NCBI RefSeq assembly: GCF_037042905.1
Contig: NC_087252.1
Coordinates: forward strand, 7,752,001-7,816,000
Direction of reading: 5' to 3'
Source: Lytechinus pictus
Lineage: Eukaryota
DNA: 64,000 bases
Part shown: positions 12,696-44,300 of the stretch, piece after piece
How the letters are laid out: each line of letters opens with the position of its first letter
How positions within the stretch are numbered: position 1 is the first letter of the stretch
The notes under the pieces: model-generated
Databases searched by the model: none
The model's input: only the letters and a program-made list of their open reading frames with translations
What the model was told of the DNA's origin: nothing
Position numbers and translations under genes: made by a program

Positions 12696-13042
12696 TAGTC
12701 TGCAGGCACAGATCCTGGTTGAAACTTTGATCAAAAAATGGGTCTCCATGCAAAGACTAGCACATTAAACCTTGCTGTTTCCAGAGCGAGAGGACCTTCA
12801 GTATATACAAGGCATGAGTAGGCTGCACATTCAGACCCTTAACTCGAGTGAAGGCTTTGCACAACAGACAAGGGCAAACCCTTCACACGAGGAAAGTGGT
12901 CTGAATAAGCAGCCTAAGGTTTCTGCTAATGACTTGTGTACAGAAGGTCCTTTTGTTCAACAGAAAGTTGTATTCGTTCTAGTCTTGTGTGAAGTCCCAC
13001 TTGTGGATCAAAGTTTCAATAAGGGTCTGTGCATGCAGACTA
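12696..13042. mobile_element. Non-autonomous TIR element with TAG...CTA termini; fragments also at ~1480-1570 and ~9340-9445
   Basis: TAGTCTGCAGGCACAGATCCTGGTTGAAACTTTGATC / GATCAAAGTTTCAATAAGGGTCTGTGCATGCAGACTA. Confidence 0.6.
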
Positions 13043-16000
13043 CATGTAGGGGGCAATGTTCTCTTAACATGTTATTATATAATGGCAGGTTCTCACATAA
13101 AAATCATTGACATTTAAAGAAAAATGAAAAAAAAGTGTAATGCAAAGTATTATTTTTCTTCATGTTGAATTGAAAAGCTTCATTTTGTAATAATGCTCCA
13201 TTATGTTACTGGATACATACATGTACTATAATGTATTTATGTACATTTTGATGAATATTTTATACCCTGGGCAATTTAAAGAATGAAGAATAGTATAAAT
13301 GGAAAGTATGATATTTTAGGATATCAATTCATACTTTTGTATTTAAAAACAGAATTTATCACTTTTTGTGAAAAAATGAAAATTCCCGAAAATTCCCGAA
13401 ACTTTCCATGCAAATTTTCCAAAATTTCCGGAAAGTTTCCAGCCCTTTGCAACCCTAATCGAAGCATCCACGCAATCGAGGAGCATATCATCATGATTTC
13501 GGGTTTAATTTTATCCGACAAATATATAGGCCTATATACCATTATATCCAGTCAATCAGAATCAAGGAAAGATATATGTCATTTTTCCCAACAACTTTAG
13601 ATATATTTTCCCTCTTATTTGAATCAGGGGCCGCTGAATTGTTTTCCGGGATTGTTTTGTAATTAGAAAAGGTGTGCAAACGTTCTTGAACATGATTTTC
13701 AGACTCAGGGTGGGGTGACCGGCTGAAACCCCCTAGCCCCCTCCGTGTGGCCCCTGTTTGTCGTGGTGCCGAAGGGGGGGGGGCGGTATATAGGTCTTTC
13801 ATCATTCTATTTATGCAGGAACAATATAAGCAATAGAGACTAGCTGCTTTACACAATCTGCTGAAAATACCCAATATTTATGTTTAATTATTATACTTTT
13901 CATTTTCAAGTTACGAATGGAAATTTAACCCCATTTGCCCCTTTTCACCTCCGGGTTTCACCTCTATCCAACACATCAGGGTCCCGTTTCCTAAAAACTA
14001 ACAAAAAATGAACAATATGGTTTAATTGATTGATTATTTATTCATTCCATGCAACAAAGAAACAATGTAATGAATTAACATTAATGAGTGCCAGGGTAAA
14101 AATAATGACATTCATTGCATGGGAGCTGCAATTGCTTGAAAAATTAAGGACGCCCCTCGAAAAAGACTGTATACGGCCCTGTTATACAGTGCAAAATAGT
14201 ATACATGCAGGGCCACACGTAGAAAATCAATTTCTGTAACAAGTTTACAAACTGAATGATTTCCGTAGCTTTGAAACTCATTACCAATTTGTAATGACAA
14301 TAAGATTTATAAAACGGGTCCCATAAATTAATAAATGGATATACAAGTGATAGACGAACAATGAAGTTCACAACAATCATACCTTGTGGGTAACCAATAA
14401 CAAGGATAAAGATTTATTCAATACAAACATTAAATGGAAACTTTATGGAGATCAACCTTATAGATTATGAACCCCGTAATCAAATCACTTAATTGAAGTG
14501 TTCAAAACTTCAAGACATAGCGACATAATTATGAAACTAATAACAAGATATATTGTCTGTCAAAGGAGTAATCAGCCTCGAAGGAAATAAAAGGTTTTAA
14601 AAGCTTTGGTTATGAGTATCAAGATCAAAGTATAACAAAAAAAAGTAAATCTATATTTTACATGTATTTCAAAAAATAACTTTTGGTCGAATACAAGGGA
14701 AGAAAAGAAAAGAGAGAGAATTAATCCTAGGCCTAAAAACACACAAAAACAGGGGTATATGACGTGCAGGACGATTTTTTGATAGTCGCGAGAGAATAAA
14801 TCGAGTGAGCAAAAATGATAATGTTTTAAATGAAAATCTGATTCCTTAGATTTTAACATAATATCCAGAAAATAATGTCATACGATACACATTTCCCTCT
14901 CCTTAATTTCCTTCGTTTTTTATTTCCCCCTTGTATAATTATGAATAGTTGATTATAATTACATAATCATAATAGGCCTATTCATGAAAATGAATGATTT
15001 ATCACAGCCTGAATAGAGGCAACCCTATAAAAATATCCCGTTGCGTGTAAATCCTTTTCAAAACTCCTTGATATTATTGATGAACACAAGTCTCTTAATT
15101 GAAAACCGAAACCTTTTGATTCTCGATAAACCAAAAACATAAAGTACAATCTCTATGATTTATTTTGATAAATAGCTACTTGGGTCGTGTCATTTTCTGA
15201 AAATGATTTTGTAAATTTGATGAGTGACTGGACTGCATATCTAAAGGGCAATTCAACCCCTACATTGATTTGAATAATTAGGGGAAATAAACAAACATGC
15301 AAAAAGCTGAACATTTCATCAAAATTGGAAGTAAAATAAGAAAGTTTTGATATTTCAAGTTTCGCTTAATTTACCCAAACAGTAATTGATTAATTCATGA
15401 ACAGTATATGGAAAGGAAATAAAAACAGTAACATTTATTTTTACTCCTCCCTAAAATGCAGAATTTAGTCATTGAGCTTCCTGAACATGCTGAAAATGAA
15501 TATTGTATAACAAATAAACATGATAAAGAAAGTGTATGACATCATCAGCCCTCTAATTTACGCATAAACTGTTTCGAATAAATGAGTGAAAATTCACAAG
15601 TCACAATTTTCCTATTCAATACTATTATGACTGAATTATTTTTGTTTTACTATTCTTTCTAAGTAATTACACATTAGTTGGTAGAATTGATGTATTTGAA
15701 TAAAAGGTAAGTTTGAAACGACTTAAGCTTCTCATCACTAAAAAGGTATAAAAGTTTTTTTTTGGATTGAGAAACTGTAAGAATTTAATGAAAAAAATAA
15801 TGGTGCCCCCTTTCTGTTTTCAAAAGCTCCGGCTCATAATATCAACAAACAATCCACCATTAATCATGTAAAAATTACGAAGTTATGAAAACGCATAAGG
15901 ACAAATAATTAGCTTTGTTATTCAATCACCACAAAATGGAATGTAAGCTCATATAGGCCCTACACATTTATCTCACGGCCCTGGAAAGCGGGGGTGATTA

Positions 16001-17022
16001 AGATTTACCCAGGGGTACTGCGTGTTTACTCCATAGGCAGCTCCCCCTGGAAATCTATTTCTGTTAGATAATTATGCTATGATGTAATTTTTAGCCTACA
16101 GGCCTAAACATTAATTGCTTATTCAATTCAATTCAAGTAAACATTTATTTTCTTCCAATTGACATTACACTGGTTACATCCAATTTCATATAAATTAAAC
16201 AATCAATAATATAGTAATATAACAATGAACGTAAATACAATATGCAATTTATGTACACGGAAGAAGGCGTAAAAACCCCCAGAAAACAGCAGGTGCTTGT
16301 GAAATGTAGAGTACAAACTATTATCACGCTTGGAGTAAATGATTCAAGCAAATTCTGAAATATTCCTAGAACATATGTTTAAAAATCTAAAAGCACCCGT
16401 TTCGATTTAAAGTAAAATCTCAGCAAACAGTCTTTCTCAAAATATAAATCTCTATTTAGAATATGCAGTAGTTTTAATGAATCCCTAATTGGGTTCCACT
16501 CCGGTAAAATAACATTTGAAATTTTCACCGATCTCAATTTTTACTTCAAGCCCTTGCATAGCCAAGAGTTCAGAGCCTGTTTACCAATAAGTCTTCATTT
16601 AACGTAATGAACAACAATTACCCTGCACTTAAGACGTGTTTCGCTGGTGTATAGGATATCTTTTAGCGTACCAGTATTATACATTTACGTACAATAATGA
16701 AAAAATACGATATTATATACACAGGCAAATTCATTTGCACGAAAATTCAGAAAAATAGGTATCACAAAGAAGAAAATAGCAATATTAAGTTGATTCGCAA
16801 TTTTTTCCAACATCTGTTGATTTAATAATGTGGAAAAATTAATGTCAAATTGTGCATAATTTTAATTGAAGAATGAATCAAGGAATTATGTACGTACACA
16901 AGTTTTATATAAAGAAAAAAATATCCAGGCTTTACCTTGTACCTCCTCGGATAGGCCTATTCCCGTGATAGGTGTATAAAATATATATCAATGCGTTGTG
17001 CCATTATCATTATGCTTCTTAA

Positions 17023-17601
17023 AGGACAAGTCCACCCCAACAAAAAGTTGATTTGAATAAAAAGAGAAAAATCCAATAAGCATAACACTGAAAATTTCAT
17101 CGAAATCGGATGTAAAATAAGTTATGACATTTTAAAGTTTTGCTTAATATCACAAAACAGTTATATGCACATCCTGGCTGGTATGCAAATGAGGATAGTA
17201 TGACGTCATCCACTTACTATTTCTTTTGTATTTTATTATATGAAATATTCTAATTTTCTCCTCATTGTCAAGTGATACAACAATTGATTCCTCCCTGAAC
17301 ATGTGGAATTAGCATTGTTTAATACTATATGGTTCAGTCAAGTTGGTCCTTATATTGTCAAATCTATAAAAAAAAATGACATATTGTATAATTCAAACAA
17401 TGAAAAACAAAAGAAATAGTGAGTGATGGACATCATCGTCTGACTCGCCTAGTTGTGCACATCACTGTTTTGTGAAAAATAAGCGAAACTTAAAAAAACT
17501 TTCTTATTTTACACCCGATTTTGATGAAATTTTCAGCACTATGCTAGTTTGATTTTTTTCTATTTATTCAAGTCAGTATTTTCCTGGGGTGGACTTGACC
17601 T
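17023..17601 (-). mobile_element. MITE family A, intact with TTAA on both sides
   Basis: TTAA(17019-22)-AGGACAAGTCCACCCC ... GGGGTGGACTTGACCT-TTAA(17602-05). Confidence 0.9.
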
Positions 17602-17989
17602 TTAAATATATGTCTACGTATTCAAATTCAAATTTAAAATCAATTTCAAAATATCAAATACTACAGTCATCCTACATACTGAATAGCTTTAATATCAGCA
17701 CTAAATGACTCAAATTGCCGTAAAATTCTTAACCAGAATGACACATTTAGATCATGATTGTATAGTCTTACCATACAAACCCTGTGCGCTTTCAAGTTTA
17801 TTGTTTTTAAATAAGCAGCCGTCTCCAATTTGGATCATACCATGTTTGATATTGTATTTTCTGAATGCATCTAAAATCATCTGATGCAGGAGACTATATA
17901 CAGGCCTTATAAATTCTTGATAGATTACCCCTTAGCAAATGACTTTCATTGTATTTTCATACTAATTATTGCCTTTAAAAACCCTGATA

Positions 17990-36432
<18,443 letters not shown>

Positions 36433-37428
36433 GATCACGAGGAACGATAGCTCAAACTTTGGTTCAAATATGATACTTCTTCCATGAATCTAAAAAGTGG
36501 TTAAAAATGCTGCAGAAGTACTACAGTCTAGTATAGAAACCTCTTTTTCGCAATTGCCGTGTCGTAAATGTGCCGTTTGAATTTTGAAGAGAATATCGGA
36601 ATAAATATCGTTCAGGTGGCTCGGTCCTTTCGACTTAACTTGTCGATAATCATCAATAATTTCGAGAACAGAATTGTCATTTCGGGAAAAAATGTCATCA
36701 AACAGTATCGTCACAGAATTCTTTCGAGTTGCAAATCATTTTAAACAACAAGAAATGAGGAAAAATGATAGACTTCGCTGAGGCTTAATCGCGTCCTGCT
36801 CTTCCTTGTACTTAATATGCCGACATTTTCCCACCATCCTGAAGTTCCAAACGCTCAGTTTTTCAGACTGACCAGAAAGTTAATGATGGATGCGAGTATA
36901 TTGCCACACCATTTCCTCGAATGCAGATTTGATATTAATGATTACGAAACGTTAAAACCTCAAGAATATATATATGACATGATAATCAGATACGAAAGTA
37001 ATTTAAGTGATGATTGTTGTCTTTTAAGTTGATTAATTAGTATCCTGTACTTGTATTACCATGGTTTTTAAGAGGGTATAGGTAAACTCTTTATCTCTCC
37101 CTCTCTCTTTCCATGAAGTTTTACAGTCTTTCGGTTTCCCTCTCTCCTTCCCCATTTCTCCCCGCTCGTCTCTCGACCTACTTTTCTTTTTTCCCCTCCC
37201 GTTCTCACCTTCTCTCTCCGTTCTTCCCCTCTCCATTTATTTAGTCATCGAAAGGGGTGTAATAGTAGGATTGCTTAAAGCGAACACATGCAACCACATA
37301 TATATTATAGGCCTATATGGTAAATGCGAGAAATATAGTTCTTTTATTTTCATTTCGTTGAATATTTCCCCCATCATGAAGTGTCAGAGGCACATTTTTT
37401 TTCTTAACGCTATACAACTCAATTACAA

Positions 37429-37637
37429 CTCTCTAAATTCCGTAGATTGAAAGTCAATCTAAAGATTGAAAGTCAATCTAATAGATTGTGGTCAGGAACC
37501 AATTTAAAATTGGATTGACAGATTCAATCGAATAAGCTTGAATTCTATTATCTATTATACAGTAGATTGAAGATTTCAATCCAACTTTGGATTGGTCCCT
37601 GATAGCAATCTATTTTAATCTAAGGAATTTAGAGAGA
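37429..37637. mobile_element. Small hairpin MITE
   Basis: CTCTCTAAATTCCGTAGATT ... AATCTAAGGAATTTAGAGAG plus internal inverted segments. Confidence 0.6.
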
Positions 37638-40449
37638 ACACAAAAATTGTACTTGCAGGGCATTAATGATTATGTAGGCCTTTTAATTTTAGTTACCATA
37701 GTAACCACGTTTCTCAGCAAATCAAAATTAAAATAAATTGTCTGAAGATAAAATGTTGATGAAACGCTCTCCGTAAATGTTTGCGATGATTTGCGAATAT
37801 GAAAGAACCGCACTGATTGGTCCCTGGTCAGTATTTTAAACCAATTGGACGTGTAACATTGATATTGATTGGTCAGTTCATTTAGCGATTGATCGCTAAT
37901 CTGTTTTTGTCACCGTTTGAGAAATATGACAAATCTATGGATTATATCTATTTCAATATCGAACCAATATCGATCATTCTAATATAGTAAAACTGCTGTA
38001 CATTAATCAATTTAAGACTGATAAAAAATCGCATTGAATTGTTGTCATTTTGACATCAAATGTACGTACACTAACCATGCTAACCCTTAAAAACACCCAC
38101 TCAGTTTCACAAGATCGTTTAAAGAGCAAATAAATGTCTCTATAGTTCATTTACCCTGAGAAAATCTAAAACTATTATTATGATTACAATAATGTTTTTC
38201 TTCCTTAGTTTCGTTTGTTTTCAACATCGCCCTGTGAAGAGGGGTGGTGGGAAATGGTTAAGAGATATTAAATCCATTTTCCTTTTTGTTTTTACTTTTT
38301 ATTCAACCTTCAGTTGTATTTTGTTTGATAGAAAATGAAATTACAGGTACTTAAACGAGTTTGTTTTAAGTGGCTCTCATGCAATTTACATCTCACAAAG
38401 CTCATCAAAATATAATATATATAATCTACAGATTAATTAGAATCGTAACAGCCGCTATAGAAAAACGACTAGGTTTAAGGATCAAAATAACACAAAAACA
38501 TTTACTGATCAAGGTGATACTTTCTTTCTTTCTGTCTGTCTTTTTTTCTTTCTTTCTCACTCCCCTCCCCTCCCTCCCCCCCCCCCCCTCTCTCTCCCTC
38601 TATACCCTCGCATTCGGCGCATTTTCTATTTTTTTCTTTCTCTAACTGTCCCTTCTTACTCGAAGAGAGGTGGGGCGTGCACGTTGTGCTAATGATAATA
38701 ATAATAACAACAACACCAATAATAATAATAATAATAAATAATGATAATAATAATATTTGACCCAAGGTATATAGCTATTCTTCTAATAAGCAACTTTCTG
38801 TTTAGCAACAGGCTATACTGATAGCACCATAACAACAACAGAAGCAAATGATAATAACGATGATAAGGGTAATGGTGATATTGATGGTGAGGGTGATGAA
38901 GATGATGATGAAGATGATGGAGGCGCGATAGCTCAGCAGCGGCGTAACAGGGGTCGGTGGCCAGGGGGGGGGGGGGGCAAGAGCCAACAATTTCCCTGTC
39001 ATATCATGGTATGAACAGGCGTAATGGTGTAATGAGGCGACTATTTTGAGAAGGCCAGATATCGCGTATCGGGCGGAATTTATTTTTAAAACAAAAATTG
39101 CGAGCGAGCAAAAATTTTGATCTTTTTAATACAAAAATCTAATTTTGTGATAGATTTTGACATGATATCCAGAGAAATATATTTCACTCTTCTCTCTTTA
39201 GATTCCTTTTTTGTGGTCTGTACGCCACTGTGAACACGATTCTTTGCGGCAGTAGCGTGAAGAGTAAAAAAAAAACGAGGGGCGCAGTATAGCACATGTG
39301 CTAAAAAGCTGCCTTATATAAGTTCCGAGCGAGCGAAGCGAGCGATAAAAAAATCACCTTTTCATGAGAATCTAACTTTGAGTTATTTTTTGACATCATA
39401 TTCAGTAAATAAAATCATATCCTACACTTTTCCTTTGCTTTTCTTTCCTCCTTTTTTGTTGTTCTTGTTTGTAAAACTTTTTGGGGCCATGGCCCAACCC
39501 TTTCATACGCAGTGCTGTGCGGTTGGGTATCAAAGCCATTTAAACCTCGCAGATTGCCGCTATTTTAATCAAATCACGGGCATATACAGAATATAGCTTT
39601 TACACAACACATTATTCAACCCAGTTGCGTAATGAACCAAATATTTTGAGGGGGCAAAACATAACAATGTGGGAAAAGTTTGTAAAAATTCGCCAGCGAG
39701 CAAAGAGAGCTGGAAAAAAATTGCCTTTTGAAATTAAATTCTAATTATGTGATAGATTTTTCCATTATATTCAGCAAATAACACATTTCATTTGTTTCCA
39801 TTCATTAAATAAGACGTTGTCTCCTATACTTTCTTTTATTTTACTCTTAGGTGTGGAACCAAGACCCCCCAGCACATGTATGCCAGTGATTGACAGTGAT
39901 TGAACGGGAGGCGTTATAGAGCTATTTGAAGGTTATAAATGAATTAGAGCCCCTACTGCGTGGTGTCTGGGTCATAGCCCCGATAGCTTATTTGCATAAA
40001 ATTTAGCAAGCTTATAGCACAATTAATATTGTATGCAGTCCATCTTTCTTCCCGCTCTTTAATTTCAATCATCGGCAGCCCGGTTGTGTTATTAATTTTT
40101 TTCGTGTCCCTTTTCTTTGTTTTTCCAATTTAGCTTTTGACTAATTCCATTCTACCTTCGTTTCCCGCTACTGTTTGCCAATTTGTCATCTTTTAATTTA
40201 TTTCCCACCGTGCTATTGTATTACATAGGCCTATTTCGGAATGATTTGTTCTTTCTCAAATGTTCTTCCGTACATTTCCCGCTTTCCTTCCTTTTCCATA
40301 AAAAGTTTTTTCTTTGTTTTCTTTTCGCTTTTCCCTTTCCTTTTCCTCCTTTCCTTTTTCTTTTTCACCTTTTTCTTTTATTTTCCCGGTGAAATCCGCC
40401 GGGGGGGGGGGGGCAGCTCCCCCCGCCTGTTATGCCACTCGATCAGTCG

Positions 40450-40625
40450 GTAGACTAGCAGGGGTTTTCGGATTCCGGTGACCCATGTTCGTGCCCTTTG
40501 GTAAGGCATTAATCCTCATTACCAGGTCCTTCGGAGTTCGGAGAGGACCTTCAGCCGTCGGTCCTCTGGTTGCGTGCTTACAAGCATTCATGCTTTTTTA
40601 ACAATCAGATAAAAAATCACCACCA
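40450..40625 (+). mobile_element. Probable tRNA-derived SINE family 2 (second copy ~49250-49430, minus strand)
   Basis: Shared GTGCCCTTTGGTAAGGCATTAATCCTCATTACCAGGTCC...TACAAGCATTCATGCT; B-box-like GGATTTGATTCCC in the other copy; trinucleotide tail. Confidence 0.65.
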
Positions 40626-41126
40626 CCGGATGATTATGATGATGGTGGTGGTAATAATGATGACGACGACGATGATGCTGATGATAATAATAACGATTTT
40701 ATTGGCGATCTACAAAAAATTACTACGTCAGAAAAGATGGGCGTGGTTCCGTGTGAAAATGGTGGAGTCTTTACTCAAGTAAATATTAAATATAAGCACT
40801 TTGGCAGTGCGTCTTTTCAGGCAATGTAATGTTAATAATGGAAATTGAATAGTTTTAATAATATCAAAACACAATGTTTATGTTTAAATTATTCTGAAAA
40901 AATATAAATAGGCCTAATTATGTCCCGAATATTGCATCTTTATGTTTATCTCTCGTATTCGGCGAGCTAGTTGCGTATTGAATAAGGCTAGACACGTTAA
41001 TGCTGTATATATATATTGTGGATCGATCGTTACCGTACACTACGACGAGCGCTAAAATTTATCTAGAGGTCTATATTTCATCCTAAGATTCTCCGTTTTT
41101 GATGAAAATCACTTCATAGAACCAAG

Positions 41127-41301
41127 ATGACGGTTTACAGTGTATATATTATCAACAGAGCAGGTGGTTTGATATACCAACTAGATCACGCAAACCCCAA
41201 AACAGAAGTGGAAAAGACGTTCAGCTACCCGCTTGAATTAACGCTGAAGATCATGGATGAACGAGTGGTGGTTGCATTCGGTCAAAGGGACGGGATACAC
41301 G
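41127..41301 (+). CDS. TRAPPC4: TRAPPC4 exon 1
   Basis: ATG at 41127; G|GTAAG donor; 175 nt. Confidence 0.95.
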
Positions 41302-44300
41302 GTAAGCTCAGCTCAATCAGGGAACTATAAACTCAACTTTTAATTTTTGTTGCAGGCACCTGAAGCAAACAATGAAGTCATGAAAAAGTATTCAAAAATA
41401 AAAGAAAGGTTACTTTTTATTTGTTATCATATAGAACTTGATCGAAGACAAGTTCTGTCAAAGACAGAAGTCAGAACTTGTCTTCAGTCTTCAGAAGCAA
41501 AGTCAAAAACATGATTTGTCATGTTGAGACAGACTCAATGCAGTCCCAGCTCATATAAGCATGCATGGGACTGCGTAATGCAACAAAATCTGTTGTATTC
41601 CCCTGTGGTTTTATGTACAAAACTAGACCAAAAGCTTCGTTCTCTGTTAATTTATGTTGGTTGTTCCGCTGAACTCGATCCGTTGGCTCCACTCACCAAA
41701 TACAGCGACCGAAGTTGTAGCGCGATCTGTACAGGGGACTCAATGCCAATGGCCATATGTCACTCCTAGTACCAATGAGGTCCAAACATTACATGTATGG
41801 ACCTCATAGGCGACATCAGTAGTATTTTTGGTTAGAAATCTCTGAGAACAGGATATTTATATATTATATCACAAGTCCTATATTCCTTTCTCTTATTTAA
41901 ATTATAATTTTATAGTGTAAATGCATCGTTAGCAACAACAAAAAAATGAAAGAAATGAAGGGGAACTTACATTTTCACGGCTTTTTCCTGATTTTCTGGG
42001 CAGTTGCTCTTCACTTCTGACTCGCGATCGAAGCTGATATGAAGATCACGTGATTCGCGTTCTCGTCAGCTGATCGGTTGGTTATTCTTTTCGTCAGACG
42101 TTAATAATATATATTTTATAATGCTAGCATTCATCGCTAATTTAGGTGAAAGAGATTGAAGTTAAACAGCGCCAGGTCGGAATCATAATTATTTTGGAAG
42201 AGTGTATTTATACACTCGATCTCATACCTGACGTAGATGGCGCTATTCAACAAATGCACAATCTTCAATATAAAAAATAAAACAGAAAGAACGCCTTGAA
42301 CACATGCCAAAATGCCTAACGATTTCTCCGCGGCATTAACAACTATCGTAAAGGGCGCTCCATTTATTAATAAAGATGGATGTATAGCTGTCTATGGCGA
42401 CAAAATTTGCCGCAAATATTTACGAAGAATTGTGAGAAATGGTCTGAAAATGCAACAAAAGAACCGGTGAGTACCGATTAAACATTATCAATTTATTTAA
42501 TAGAACATATTTCATGACTAGAGTTTAACAATTTCTAGATAATATTGCTTAGTTCTAAGCTAGGGCGGCCCAAATGCGCGTGAGTGGAGTCCCAGTTTAT
42601 TAGCACGGGTAAGTATTGGGGTGTCGCCTAGAGTGGCCATATTATGTACTTAAGTTCGGATAAAACAAGGAAGTGAAGTTGCGCGACAGCCGAAGTAAGT
42701 CACTGTTTTTTCCCCTTTTAAGTTTATTTTCCCCCGTTTTGGTGCATTTCAGGCCAAAACGAATAATAATCTCTATTTTGGTACAATGCTTTTTCAATAT
42801 TTTTATGAAATAAAGACAAAAATCGATGAGCCCCGTCGAGGGGATTTTGCATTGTATGTCCCCTAATGGTGGCTGCACGATAGCAAGCTGTCTGTGTACA
42901 AGGAGAAATTAAAAAAAAATCAAAAATTGTTTAAAAACTCCTCGAAACAGACGGCTGCCAGCTGTCTAGTACAAAACTTGCTGTCCAATGACTAGACAGG
43001 AATAACCGTCGTTTCTGGGGATTTATTCAACAATTTCTGACATTTTACAATCATCCCCATTCACCGATGGTAGTTACACATGTAGTTAGTGTGAGCTCGC
43101 ATGTGTTATCACTTCCTCCAATTCGCTGATTAAATGTCCAGACTTCAATATACTTTTTAAAATCAAATTAACAGTCTAAGGATTTAGAAACTACAAAAAT
43201 TCTATCTTGAATATATAATAAATAATTAAATGTGCATGAAATAGATCAAAAGGTATGAAAATGGTACTTTACCGATGTTTACTTGTCTTGGTCTCCAGAA
43301 TCACCCCCAAAATGGCAGCCAAAATATGAGATATGAGATACCAATGAACGGAGAGGGCGTCAGCAATTTACGAATGTGATATCCAAATTTGCTTTCGATA
43401 TTACTAGTATACGATCTTTAATTTTTATTTATTTTTTATTACACTTAAATTACTTTCAGCTAATTTCAAAATTATTTTGGAGCATCTGTCGCAAATGAAT
43501 TTTTTTATCCTTGATCCGGGCTCATTTCAATTCCTAATGATTTGATAATTGCATCAGCAGCAGGCGCGTAGCCAGGGGGGCGGTGGGGGCGGTCGCCCCC
43601 CCAAAAAACGTCCCCAAAAAGAAGGGAAAAAAGAGAGGAGAAAAGGAAAAGGGAAGGGAGGAAAGGGAAGAAAGGTAGCTTTGTTTTTTTTTTCTTTTTA
43701 TTCTCAAAAGAGAAACTCCTTCACTCTTGCTCTAAATTTATATGAATTTTGCTTCCGCGCTGTGCGCGGTTAAATGACAATACTGAAGTTCTCCATTGTT
43801 TCCCAACACTGTTTTTCCACCTCAGCTATATGTGTTTCTTGCCAGTTAAAGTTCAAATGTATACATTAGGGCATGGAATTAGAGTAAAGGTTAGGCCGAA
43901 GTATATGAAGTTATCTTTTTTTTTAAATTGATCGCACAACTTCTGGTCTGGTCGCCTCCGGGCGTGTAAAATCTTTATATCAATTTCTGCCGTCACCTCT
44001 ATAAGTCAACTTCTCCCGCTTTTCAGCTCATTACTAAACAACCATAATTTTGGGGTAAACAGGTACCTAATTCTAAAAGAGGAAGGTATAAAATTCGTGT
44101 CGTATTATTAAATAAAAAAGTACAATATTTTTTATCAAATTCTATTAAACTTCATGTCATTTCTCTGCACATTCATTTCCTGTCCTGTTTTGTGCCCTCA
44201 GTTTGAAATTTTGAATGACACTTAAGTTTCTTTATAATTCAAAATGAAACGCTTCAGGATAAGTCAAAGAAATTAGGCATCCTTTTTTATATAATTTCAA

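Noticed and set aside
38937..40441. Single hAT-like element with CAGCGGCGTAACAGG / CCTGTTATGCCACT ends
   Set aside because: No TSD found and the interior looks like several fragments; boundaries cannot be supported.
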